DNA of 64,000 nucleotides from Veleropilina oligotropha (taxonomy: Eukaryota), in assembly GCA_048128005.1 (NCBI GenBank), contig JBEUKZ010000137.1, forward strand, positions 310,001-374,000, in the 5' to 3' direction. This document shows, piece by piece, positions 13,328 through 25,644 of this stretch (within the stretch, counting starts at the first letter, position 1; the number at the start of each line of letters is the position of its first letter). The notes under the pieces are model-generated. The model did no database searches, was not told the DNA's origin, and worked only from the letters and a program-made list of their open reading frames with translations. Made by a program: the position numbers and the translations under genes.

Positions 13328-14432
13328 CTTACTGTAATCCGGCGTGTTTGGCGCCGTTTCCCCTTCAGACGAGCTGACCCCTGTTGTGCTCTCCTTCTGC
13401 AGGTTATTAATGCGAACCCCCAGCGATGCGGGCACCTTCCTCTGCCGGCTGTACCCTGAACCCTCGTGTGCGGTCTCATTACTTCTACGTCTCCGAAGAA
13501 TACTGTGGATACCAGAGTACCGCTTTACCAACCCATCTGTACCTGTGACTGTGTTCGATAATTTGGACTCTTCCGCACCGACATTGTCTCTACTCTCAAT
13601 AATCTCCTGTGTATTTGAGGAACCGTCGTCGGAAATATTTCCAGCAGAAGAGTGTATTGGCAGGGATTCTATATTATTATTCCTAAGTTGTAAGAGATTG
13701 TTGACTAAAGACGGTTCACAACCGGAATTATTGCTGCCGATATCCTTTGCTATTGGTGAGAATCGTCCGCTAATCTCTACATCAGACGGTACATTGGACG
13801 GGTCGTCAGAAACCAGCTCAGTGTCGCCGTAATTGTCCTCTTCTCGCGAGAAACTACTGTTCAGACTGTCCTTCGTGAACACTGTCAAAGGACTATCCAG
13901 CAAGGACCTACTATTTTCTCTTTCCGACAGAGTTAAAACCTCCGTGTCGCCACTTGACGACAGCTTTTCGGGAGTCGCCAATATAACTGTGTCCGTCGAA
14001 TGGCAGTTTTCGACTTTTGAGTGACTACCATCGAAATTCAACACTTCAAACGTACCTTCATCATCAGAAACGCTGGCTCTTTCTGCTACAGTGTTTTTAA
14101 ATACATTTGAATTCTGAAATTCTAAAGCACCTTTTGAATAGACTTCGGGTAAAGTTCGCACCAACTTTTTGTGACCTGATTCTGGTTTTGCGACAGCCCC
14201 AGAAGAAATGTCATCTTTTTGTTCACTGTCTGATTTCGATGTCACATAAATAACTGGTGGCTTTGAAGTGACCCCGGTTGTGTTGCGTTTCGGACGCATG
14301 TTGGCCTTGGTTGATCGAGAACTCTTTTTCGATCCGTGCTTTCTGCCCGATTTGCTGGCAACGGGCTCTGGAGATCCCTGGTCCGCTTCCAGCTGCGTCG
14401 AAGGATGCTTTTTCCTCGATTTTGTTCCATCT
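13328..14432 (-). CDS. PHTF: PHTF coding exon 7, large Ser/Asp/Glu-rich low-complexity region
   Basis: TTATAG| ... AAG|GTAATA, 1105 nt. The phase-2 entry from exon 6 reads in frame into ORF 13307..14299 and ends SSSEGETAPNTPDYSK. Confidence 0.85.
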
Positions 14433-14814
14433 CTATAAATAAATTAGGAAAACAATTAATTTGATATATTTGTGAACAAATAATCATAATGGAGGTTCAA
14501 TTCACATTACTGTTAAATAAACGTGTCATGACTTTCCGAATGGGATCTAGTTGACTTGGTTGATAACTCCAGCAAAGCTCACGGTATTAATATTCTCAGG
14601 TCTCACCGGCACAGATCAGCGGCTCAGTGATACAATAGAAACCTATTGTGCTATAATAACAAATTTGACTCTAATCAACGCCTATCGCCACTAATTATTT
14701 CTCAAGATATTTCCAATGATGGACCCTCATTTTGATCATGATAAATTGACGTTTAATGACCATACCAACAGTATTTCGGTTCTAACTCAGGTCAATAAAC
14801 TGGATGCAGCGATA

Positions 14815-14910
14815 AAGGGAAAAATCCCTGGCACTCCTGGGAATTGAACCCTGTTCATTTTCATTTTCGTTAGTAGACCAGCATGGTATCCACTCGACCA
14901 TGCTGCCCCC
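14815..14910 (-). mobile_element. tRNA-like SINE head fragment
   Basis: Minus strand GGGGCAGCATGGTCGAGTGG (A box) ... GGGTTCAATTCCC (B box). Confidence 0.55.
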
Positions 14911-15412
14911 ACCCACCCTGCCACTATTATGAATGTACACATAATCCAAATTATGGAGAATGAAAAATAGAAATTGGGCGCATATGTCTGTGTTATCATT
15001 CGTCAGAATCTATACTATGTCCACAAGTCCTTTAAAGTCACATGGCGAGCAAAAACAACCATCTTTTATAGAAGATGGGTGCATATAGATTGACAATGGC
15101 TTTTTTCCTTTGCAATAATCATCTTGACAATAAAGAAATATCTACTTTGATATTTTAAAAGATACTAGTCTACTGAAGATTGATACACCCAGATTTCATT
15201 GCAGATAGCAAATTGAAAGCAAAATAACGTTGTGTAAATTACGGACACCAAATAATCTGAATTGAGATAGGTCGAAGTTAAAGTTGACACAAGTGTGACA
15301 GCAATAATAAATGCAATATAAACATTCAGATTTATTAGAAAATAAATCTTTGCGCAACTTGCATGATTATTAATCTAGGAATGCAATCAAAATTATGAGA
15401 CAAAAGTTTACC

Positions 15413-15710
15413 GACATCATGATTATAATGACATCATAATTATAATGACATCATAATTATAATGACATCATAATTATAATGATATCATAATTATAATTAC
15501 ATCATAATTATAATGATATCATAATTATAATGACATCATAATTATAATGACATCATAATTATAATGACATCATAATTATAATGACATCATAATTATAATG
15601 ACATCATAATTATAATGACATCATAATTATAATTACATCATAATTATAATTACATCATAATTATAATTACATCATAATTATAATGACATCATAATTATAA
15701 TGACATCATA
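15413..15710. repeat. 17-bp minisatellite (GACATCATAATTATAAT) x ~17
   Basis: Direct reading of the sequence. Confidence 0.97.
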
Positions 15711-16359
15711 ACACATAATAATCACGATGTCGTAGTTTCGGTGTTTGTTAAATTTTATGATAAGAACACAGGAATTTTGCCAAGCCACTATCAGTTTTAA
15801 CATTAATTGAAGGTTTTTTTCCAAACGTGCTCAGTCACATCTTGAATATCTTTGGGATAACCGATCTTACATAACTCTGTTATACACATAATATTAATTC
15901 ATTTCCACCGACTCCCCACTCGATACCTTTTGACTGAATTCGTTTTTATAAACTATTTTATTGCTATTATGTTTATAACAGATTTCCGTGCAAGTAAAAG
16001 TGGTCATACAAACTTTTCAAGGTGTGACTGAGCACGATTTGGAAAAAACACATAAATTATACGAATTAATGTTTAAAAACAAGAAACAAATCTTTGAGGT
16101 AATATTCCATTGAAAAGCTAACACCTGGCCTGGATGGCAATGTTAAATACCAGAGGAAGAGAATTTGAAGTACCAAATTAATAGGTATGCATTTTGATAG
16201 AAAATGAGAGGATGTTAGTACAGGCCAATATAAAATGTCTTTCTTCATGCACCCGTAATCTCATGATCATGCCGAATATGGGAAATATGATTGTGGCCGG
16301 TAAAAAATAATTGCATATTTTTTACTGATCTTGACTAATGATCGTAACAATGTGCCTAC

Positions 16360-16484
16360 TTGTTGAACTTTGGATCCCTGATGAGCGGCTTATGAGACAC
16401 GTGAGACAGAACGGCCTGTGAGTGGATGGCTCCGAGTATTAGCATCAGAACAATGGGCACGGTGACCTCCGTGAGGGTCAGCAA
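16360..16484 (-). CDS. PHTF: PHTF coding exon 6 (LLTLTEVTVPIVLMLILGAIHSQAV...)
   Basis: CTGCAG| ... AA|GTAGG, 125 nt. Matches the LTEVxxPIxLMLxLGxxHxQxV pattern. Confidence 0.92.
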
Positions 16485-16678
16485 CTGCAGGAGAAACGAA
16501 ACACAGAACTGAAGAACTGAGTGAAATGGGACCGGTCAGGGTCAGCAACTGCAGGAGAAACAAAACACAGAACTGAAGAACTGAGTGGAATGGGACCAGT
16601 CAGGGTCAGCAACTACAGGAGAAACAAAACACAGAACTGAAGAACTGAGTGGAATGGGACAGGTCAGGGTCAGCAACT
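16474..16678. repeat. 64-bp tandem repeat x3.2 spanning the exon 6 acceptor
   Basis: Units start at 16474, 16538, 16602 and 16666. Confidence 0.95.
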
Positions 16679-16711
16679 AACCAAGGAGAAAAGTGCATGA
16701 TACACATATAA

Positions 16712-17432
16712 ACAAGAGTAAAAGCTCGAAATCACTTATAATTCATGAATATTTTGTCTACATTCAATAGTAGATGACATTGTCAAGTTGAAATAGACAT
16801 ATAAAGCATATAAAAAGTTGTATATAAAGAGCAAAATTTGCTAAATCCAAAATGGCTATTATTATGAAAAATTTCGATTAAAATGTTTTCAATATTTCTA
16901 CTCTTGGACATTGAAATAGTGATATCTGATAAAGAAAGATGCCAAAGTATGCCTATTGTTGCATATATAGCATGCTTGAGAAACTTTAACCAAAACCTTT
17001 ATAAATCCAAAAGCAGTATTTTATGGTAAAATTTGAATTAAATTATCTTCAGTATTATTTATTTATGGTCAGATAATGAAATAGTGATATCTGACATATA
17101 TATATAGTAATGCTAAAATATGCATATTGTTGCTTATATAGCATGATTGAGAAACTTGAACCAAAAACTTTAACGAAAATTTCCAAAAGCAACATTTTAT
17201 GATGAAATTACCTTCAATATTATTTATTTAGTGTGACTCTGTGAGGTAACAATGAAATAGTGATATATAGCATCTAGAAATGTTAATATATGCATATTGT
17301 TGCTTATATAGCATGATTGAGAAACCAAAATCTTTAACAGAACCAATTGCTGCCGCGGTCGGCTGGATGAACGAACAGCAAGACGACATCATCATTCTAT
17401 AGACTTGAATTTGCATTGCATGCGAGCCAATC
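16712..17432 (+). repeat. Dispersed tandem-array element (second copy at ~23108-23655)
   Basis: Both copies start ACAAGAG..AAGCT.GAAAT, share TACATTCAATAGTAGATGACATTGTCA and end TAGACT.G.ATTTGC..TGCATGCGAGCCAA. Confidence 0.75.
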
Positions 17433-19109
17433 AAGCACTGAACTAATTATCAAGAACTGTGGAATGCGGTTTAATATCCAATTTAACACTTTTTAGCGTT
17501 ATATCATACACCTGGAAAAACCCGCCCGTCCCAGTCGGTTATGGACCACTTTGACCGTTAACTGCACAAAATGCCCAGCAGACGTTTCAAACACAGGGCG
17601 TGATTTAATTTTTCGGGGTTAGCCTGTCATTGATGTTACACCAAAATTGTATTTAGCCTGCCATGGCCAAATCCAGCCTGCCAAAATGTTTTTCATCATC
17701 AGAACCCTAATTATACGAAAAAGGTGGATATATTTAAGATCCGAGATATGTGCTATCCAACCGGTTTGATACCGATAATGACATAACAAAATCACAAGGG
17801 TCAGAAATATATATTGCCATCTGACTCGATTTCAAATAGTATTCCATCATTTAATACTGCAAGTTATCCATGTTTACTAGACTACGAAAGTTTATCTATT
17901 TCTTAATTTCAGGTTTGTGGTAACTTATTAATTATTATTAATGGCTTTGCTGTGTCATATATACTGACACAAGCAAAAGCGAAACATCATTTTCAGTACC
18001 AGTAACAATAAAAATACTTTTACTTTAATTAGTTAGCCGTTTACGGAGAAACTATTGTATTGAGGCTGTCTGTCTGTGAGGTGGTGGTGAACTATTGTAT
18101 TGAGGCTGTCTGTCTGTCTGTCTGAGAGGTGGTGGTGTATGTCTACAATGACTTTATTATAGCTCAACTATGCTTCCTCTCGGATGCGCTTGTTCAACCA
18201 GTTTAGAGCAAATCTTAATAAATCAAAGTCATTCCACCTTGGAGTCTATTTCTGGTTTTCATAAAAACTTGCTTTGTTGAACTCAGTTTTTTGGTTTGTT
18301 TATTCGTATACAGTACTGAGAGCATTTACAGAAACTCAGTTTCAACCACACGCAATGAAACGAATGCAAAAGCAATTTAACACAGGAAGTGAATCAGTGA
18401 ATGAACACGAGGGAATGTTTTGACACAAATGCGACCTCAAGACAATTATGTTGAAGTTAAGTGAATAAAAGGCAAGTATTTTGTTGTTCTCAAATACATG
18501 GATACCTTTGTTCAATAATATCGAATGCCACAGTAATATTTGTTGTCCGGCCATTACTGTCAGGCCAAAATTAATATTACCCGGACATTTCAGAAAATCT
18601 GAACAAATTGGACGGTCCATGGCCTTTGGTAGGCCGTTATTTCGCGCCCTGAAACACACCTCCGTTAATGAGAGCAGGCATCATCATCGATAAATAGTTT
18701 GATCAGATTTTGACGGAAAAATTGGTGGAGGGGATACGAGTATCATCCACCTAACCACGGATGCATATATATCTATAATTTGGGTAGAATTATAGCTATC
18801 ACTTAACATGAACATTATAGCACTAATCACATTCTTGTTCGCTTGCCCACAATTTAATGTCTGTTTTAAATTGAATCTGCTACCTTTATGACCACATATC
18901 AACAATTTTTCGGTATGGTCATAGTTGGAACAGTAGTTCAACATTTCCATTCAAATGATGAGTAACATGGTTTTAAGTCATTCATTTTATTAATTTTAAG
19001 CTTAGAATAATCCATGCAAGACAAAAAATTTGAACTCCGTTCTAACCGCTAAAGTTGGGTGTCATACATGCTAACCACTCGGCCGCCGAGGCTGCTGGGA
19101 TATACTTAC

Positions 19110-19224
19110 GTCTTCCGTCAAATACTCGCCGACGTTGCTGAAGTAGATGGCGCAGGTTATCACCTGCAGGATGTACAGCAGCAGGAGGAAGCAGCAGAAC
19201 GGCCATGAGGCCTGCTGCCGCCAC
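19110..19224 (-). CDS. PHTF: PHTF coding exon 5 (WRQQASWPFCCFLLLLYILQVITCAIYFSNVGEYLTED)
   Basis: TTTCAG| ... GAC|GTAAGT, 115 nt. Hydrophobic LLLLYxxQV segment typical of PHTF. Confidence 0.92.
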
Positions 19225-19248
19225 CTGAAAGTAAAGAGGATCTCACTA

Positions 19249-20177
19249 TAGTGCTATACAGTGCGACCATTTTGGTCGCCAATGCGACCAAACTATTAGT
19301 TTGGCGACCAACATTACAATTCAGTCGCAAGTTGGCGAACGCAGGTCAAAAATTGGAAAGTTGAAAAATCTGTCTGCACACACGAGCAGGTTTATAATGA
19401 AATCCCTGGTCTTTTATCTATTATTGCATTATTATTTTCTCATAAAATATCCAATTATTAATGAAATGCTTTTAAATACCTTTATTCAGTTCAGTATAGT
19501 GACTTTGTGGGTGCTTTCGAATCTAAAAATCGATGTTTTCATGTTCGGCCGCCATTGTTAATTTTCAAGTATTGTATCAGAATCTACCTATTTAATGTGG
19601 GAGCACCCATTTTGCATGTCTATATAGTGTTTCATGAAGCACAAGAAAATGAACATAATGATTACACTGATGTATATGATTAAAAGGAAACAACAGACAG
19701 AATGGTGTAATTCAATATAATCCACAATAATTCTTATAATATTACATGATATAAATGACATGGATATTTTATGTTGTTTTTGGTTTTAATTGATATAAAT
19801 TAAATATAAAATATTAAATTATTGCATCAATAAAGTCTATAAATTTATGTTCAATAAAATTATTTAGATAATGTTCAACATGCAGCAACAGATAATTAGC
19901 ATAATATATGTTTTTTTTATTTAAGAAACTTATAACAGTATAATTATTATTGATAGTATAATGTACCGGTATCACTGTATGATGCGTAATGTAAATTAAA
20001 CACGTATTTTAAATACACACATAGACATACATTTCATAGAAATTGCTTCCACACAATTATTTCAAATACATGCATACATTTAATAGAAACTGCTTTAAAT
20101 TTGGGGCTAGTGAATTTTCTGGTTGAGCTAGTACACTTTCAAAGTCTACTAGTAAGGAAGACTAAAGTAGAGCACTG
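19249..20177. mobile_element. Probable non-autonomous DNA transposon
   Basis: TIR TAGTGCTATAC / GTAGAGCACTG with near-identical flanks CTCACTA / CTCACAA. Confidence 0.55.
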
Positions 20178-20649
20178 CTCACAACTTCAAAATTATCTCG
20201 ATGGTTACGAGTTTGGATTGAAATGATGTATAACAACCTTCATGTTCACACCAGGCCATGACAATATTATTTAAGGAGGAAAGCCCGGTTGCCCAGGAAA
20301 AGATAACCTCACCTGCCAGGTACAGACAACAGCGACTGGTAACCTAACAAAGTGCTCTCCCGTTTTTATTTTATGTGACCACATTTTATGCATCTGACTA
20401 AGAAAATAAAATAAGCTAAAATATATCTAAACTAGCATAATTATTGAACCACCAACTATCGAGGATGTATCCCTACCACAGCGGCCAATTTGAATGCGAA
20501 AATGACCAAAATTATTCGGGTTGCGATCTCTTCATAACAATAGCGCATATCAAATTTGCTTATAACTTTTGACCATAGAGGGAACATAAGAAATGCCTGT
20601 CAACATGGCGGCGAAACAGAGACAAAATAATAGATTTACAATTACTTAC

Positions 20650-20746
20650 CATTTGTAATAAAATGGAAAGAACAACACCCGGAAAATAGCTTTCCGAGTG
20701 CTCCGTGTCCACGGGACTTGGGGTTTAGCCTTGGAGAATGTGGACC
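20650..20746 (-). CDS. PHTF: PHTF coding exon 4 (STFSKAKPQVPWTRSTRKAIFRVLFFPFYYKW)
   Basis: TTTCAG| ... TG|GTAAGT, 97 nt, phase-compatible with exons 3 and 5. GSTFxKAKP and RVxFFP motifs. Confidence 0.93.
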
Positions 20747-20850
20747 CTGAAATGATATATATACTACACAGTGTATTTACAATCCGAGTCCAAATTCGGC
20801 AATGCATATATATTTATCTTTCTATTAATGTTCCATTTTTAGTAAAACTT

Positions 20851-22612
20851 CAGGGTCACACCCGGACATGTCCATCAGGGTCGCACCCGGACATGTCCAT
20901 CAGGGTCACACCCGGACGTGCCCATCAGGGTCACACCCAGACGTGTCCATCAGGGTCACACCCGGACGTGTCCATCAGGGTCACACCCGGATGTGTTCAT
21001 CAGGGTCACACCCAGACGTGTCCATCAGGGTCACACCCGGACACGTCCATCAGGGTCACACCCGGACACGTCCATCAGGGTCACACCCAGACGTGTCCAT
21101 CAGGGTCACACCCGGACACGTCTATCAGGGTCACACCCGGACACGTCCATCAGGGTCACACCCGGACATGTCCTTCAGGGTCACACCCGGACACATCCAT
21201 CAGGGTCACACCCGGACACGTCCATCAGGGTCACACCCGGACATGTCCATCAGGGTCACATCTGGACATGTCCTTCAGGGTCACACCCGGACATGTCCAT
21301 CAGGGTCACACCCGGACATGTCCATCAGGGTCACACCCAGACACGTCCATCAGGGTCACACCCGGACATGTCCATCAGGGTCACACCCAGACATGTCCAT
21401 CAGGGTCACACCCGGACATGTCCATCAGGGTCACACCCGGACATGTCCATCAGGGTCACACCCGGACATGTCCATCAGGGTCACACCCGGACACGTCCAT
21501 CAGGGTCACACCCGGACACGTCCATCAGGGTCACACCCGGACACGTCCATCAGGGTCACACCCGGACATGTCCATCAGGGTCACACCCGGACATGTCCAT
21601 CAGGGTCACACCCGGACACGTCCATCAGGGTTACACCCGGACACGTCCTTCAGGGTCACACCCGGACATGTCCTTCAGGGTCACACCCGGACGTGTCCAT
21701 CAGGGTCACACCCGGACGTGTCCATCAGGGTCACACCCAGACATGTCCATCAGGGACACACCCGGACGTGTCCTTCAGGGTCACACCCGGACAGGTCCTT
21801 CAGGGTCACACCCGGACGTGTCCATCAGGGTCACACCCGGACGTGTCCATCAGGGTCACACCCAGACACGTCCATCAGGGTCACACCCGGACACGTCCAT
21901 CAGGGTCACACCCGGACATGTCCATCAGGGTCACACCCGGACATGTCCTTCAGGGTCACACCCGGACATGTCCTTCAGGGTCACACCCGGACATGTCCAT
22001 CAGGGTCACACTCGGACGTGTCCATCAGGGTCACACCCAGACATGTCCATCAGGGACACACCCGGACATGTCCATCAGGGTCACACCCGGACATGTCCAT
22101 CAGGGTCACACCAGGACATGTCCATCAGGGTCACACCCGGACGTGTCCATCAGGGTCACACCCGAACGTGTCCATCAGGGTCACACCAGGACACGGCCAT
22201 CATGGTCACACCCGGACACATCCATCAGGGTCACACCCGGACACGTCCATCAGGGTCACACCCGGACGTGTCCATCAGGGTCACACCCGGACGTGTCCAT
22301 CAGGGTCACACCCGGACATGTCCTTCAGGGTCACACCCGGACGTGTCCATCAGGGTCACACCCGGACACGTCCATCAGGGTCACACCCGGACGTGTCCAT
22401 CAGGGTCACACCCGGACGTGTCCATCAGGGTCACACCCGGACATGTCCTTCAGGGTCACACCCGGACGTGTCCATCAGGGTCACACCCGGACACGTCCAT
22501 CAGGGTCACACCCGGACGTGTCCATCAGGGTCACACCTGGACGTGTCCATCAGGGTCACACCCGGACGTGTCCATCAGGGTCACACCTGGACGTGTCCAT
22601 CAGGGTCACACC
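20851..22612. repeat. 25-bp GC-rich minisatellite (CAGGGTCACACCCGGACATGTCCAT) x ~70
   Basis: Direct reading. A further ~5.5 units lie at 22754-22895, followed by a duplicate of the 22613-22753 flank. Confidence 0.98.
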
Positions 22613-24004
22613 TGTCTAGCGGGTGTATGAGCATATTTACACCTGCAAAAATACGGAATACGTCCAGTTTTTCAAATCTGGGCGTACATTTGCAGGAAAT
22701 TGGGCATACATGTTATATTATCTAGTATTGAATTTATCGCATTGAATGAAGGTTCCATCAGGGTCACACCCGGACGTGTCCATCAGGGTCACACCCGGAC
22801 ATGTCCATCAGGGACACACCCGGACATGTCCATCAGGGTCAAACCCAGACGTGTCCATCAGGGTCACACCCGGACGTGTCCATCAGGGTCACACCTGTCT
22901 AGCGGGTGTATGAGCATATTTACACCTGCAAAAATACGGAATACGTCCAGTTTTTCAAATCTGGGCGTACATTTGCAGGAAATTGGGCATACATGTTATA
23001 TTATCTAGTATTGAATTTATCGCATTGAATGAAGGTTCTCAGTTCACGACGCACTGCATGAAATAGATAATGAACCAATTTCGTTGTCTTTAAATAAACA
23101 TGTAGTGACAAGAGCTGAAGCTTGAAATGGCTCGCATGGGTGGAACTGCGTATCAATCACTTATATTTCATGAGTATTTTGACTACATTCAATAGTAGAT
23201 GACATTGTCAGTTTGAAATAAACATATAAATCATATAAAAAGTTGAATAAAAACCAAAGTTTTCTAAGTCCAAAATTGCTATTTATATGCAGAATTTCAA
23301 TTAAATTGCTTTCAATATTTCGATAACAATGAAATAATGATATCCAACATATAGTAATTAATGCTAAAACATGCATATTGTTGCTTATATAGCATGATGA
23401 GAAACTCTAACCAAAACTTTAACTTTAAGTCCAAAAGCAGCATTTTATGGTGAAATTCGAAGGAAATTATGTTCTATATTATTTATTTAGTGCGAGGTAA
23501 CGATGAAATAGTGATATCTAGCATATAGAAATATTCTTGCTTATATTGCATGATTGAGAAACTTTAACAGAACCAATTGTTGATGCGGGTTGGACGAACG
23601 GCCATACGACATGCTCATTACATAGACTCGCATTTGCGGTGCATGCGAGCCAAAAAACCACTAAGTTTGAATAAATACCTAAATATCTGCAGTGTCAGGG
23701 GACAAATTTCTAGTTGAGTGTAAGAATACGCCCAGACATCGAAAACATGGTGTACAGTACAACCTGGGTAAAAAATTATCTAGAGTGCTGTGTCCATAAT
23801 GACATTACCACTTAAGGAAAATCCTGTATCACAGAAAAACCACCGTCACCGATCAGTTATGGAGACTGTGCCTATCATTGGTTCGAGCCCTGTTCTAGTC
23901 TCAATATAGTGCGCACTCAAGCGCGTGAATGGAGAGAGTAGACACTCGTATCTGAACAACCACGATTGTCGAGGATGCGAACCCACTCCCGTTAAAGTCT
24001 TATA

Positions 24005-24245
24005 GACAGCGCAGGCAGGTGATTGACAGCGCAGGCAGGTGATTGACAGCGCAGGCAGGTGATTGACAGCGCAGGCAGGTGATTGACAGCGCAGGCAGGT
24101 GATTGACAGCGCATGCAGGTGATTGACAGCGCAGGCAGGTGATTGACAGCGCAGGCAGGTGACTGACAGCGCAGGCAGGTGATTGACAGCGCAGGCAGGT
24201 GATTGACAGCGCAGGCAGGTGATTGACAGCGCAGGCAGGTGATTG
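24005..24245. repeat. 20-bp minisatellite (GACAGCGCAGGCAGGTGATT) x12
   Basis: Direct reading of the sequence. Confidence 0.97.
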
Positions 24246-25253
24246 AATTGAGAGTAGGCTAGCTTATTCAGCCGCCGGTGCTGCCTATTGATCACGCGAT
24301 GATCTTGATCACGATCATTGGACAAAGACATACAGTCGATAAAACATTCAAAATCTATACACTTGGGCAAATGTTAAGCAACATCTATATTTTTTATGTC
24401 TTGACCTTTTTGTAAAAAAGGACAAGACATTATCAAATGGTCCGTGTGTATATACTTATATACTTATATATATATATATATCCGTCGATTTATTTGAAAA
24501 CTACTTGCTCAATTTTCACCAAAATTGGTACACAGAGACACATTCCCAAGAGTATTTGTAGGTCGTGTATATAACTTTCGCGACACAATTTTGCAAAAAT
24601 ATGCATTTATTGAGCACTTTTATCCATATTTGTATATAACGGATGTCTAATATTGCAAGCAAATGGCAATGACGTCATTACGACGTCGCCTTAGATTAAT
24701 CGTCATTTGGTGATGTCACAATCGACGGGGTAGTAAATTAAGCCATGAAGTACTTGCACTTAGCCATTATATTAACTGTTATGAAAATTTGATGGAAATA
24801 AAGAAAGGTCAAGACATATTTCGAACGCGTCGTTCTTGTTTATAAATGTGTTACTTGAGCATTCATTATCATAATAATTATGCTATGCTGTTGGTAGGAA
24901 ATATTTCTAAATGTTTTTATGTGGCATGCAACGTTCTTTTATTAAAGTCAAAGAAAACGTCATTTTACCAGCATTAAATTATATTTTATTTATTTTTAAA
25001 AATAAAAAACCCTTTTAAGAATGGAGCTGCAGGGCATATATCCGGTCGATCTGTCATCGGAAAGATGTCTATAGACCACTTGACAAAATAGGATACGATG
25101 TGAGCATCACATGATCTGATGAAGTTTGCAACACGACATGGAGGTCACCAAACTCTGAATTCGTACCAGAGCGATATCGTTCCATTCTTCTTTTCTTTGG
25201 GTTTATGACAAAAGAACATGAAAACATTTAATCTAGAAATATATCCTACCTAC

Positions 25254-25472
25254 AACATAACATATTTATGATGTATATCCATGGTAACATATTTATGATG
25301 TATATCCATGGCAACATATTTATGATGTATATCCATGGTAACATATTTATGATGTATATCCATGGTAATATATTTATGATGTATATCCATGGTAACATAT
25401 TTATGATGTATATCCATGGTAACATATTTATGATGTATATCCATGGTAACATATTTATGATGTATATCCATG
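25254..25472. repeat. 27-bp minisatellite (AACATATTTATGATGTATATCCATGGT) x8
   Basis: Direct reading of the sequence. Confidence 0.97.
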
Positions 25473-25574
25473 TAATATATGAGTGGTGCTTAAATTTTGC
25501 CGAAGTTCAAGGAAATAAAACACACTAAGGGATGATGTATCTCGGATCGCCGTGTGAAATCCACAAATTCCTAC

Positions 25575-25644
25575 CCCTGATCAGGTCCACATCGATGTAC
25601 TCCGTCCGTTCCTTGACGCTCTTCCTCGGAACATGGTGGATTCC
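25575..25644 (-). CDS. PHTF: PHTF coding exon 3 (GIHHVPRKSVKERTEYIDVDLIRG)
   Basis: TTCCAG| ... G|GTAGG, 70 nt. Carries the hallmark IDVDLIRG motif. Confidence 0.93.

Noticed and set aside
17594..18651. Possible hAT-like element (CAGGGCG...CGCCCTG)
   Set aside because: The TIR is short and only 5 bp of flank match, which is too weak to call.
20698..22725. Three overlapping 570-675-aa plus-strand ORFs with (QGHTRTCPSGSHPDMSIRVTPGHVH)n
   Set aside because: Artefact of a stop-free 25-bp minisatellite that is open in all three frames and lies antisense within a PHTF intron.
20851..25472. CRISPR-like regular repeats
   Set aside because: Units are head-to-tail with no unique spacers, there are no cas genes, and the context is eukaryotic.
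23846..25528. Repetitive ORFs (LPALSITCLRCQSPACAVNH; MDIHHKYVT)
   Set aside because: Translations of the 20-bp and 27-bp minisatellites.
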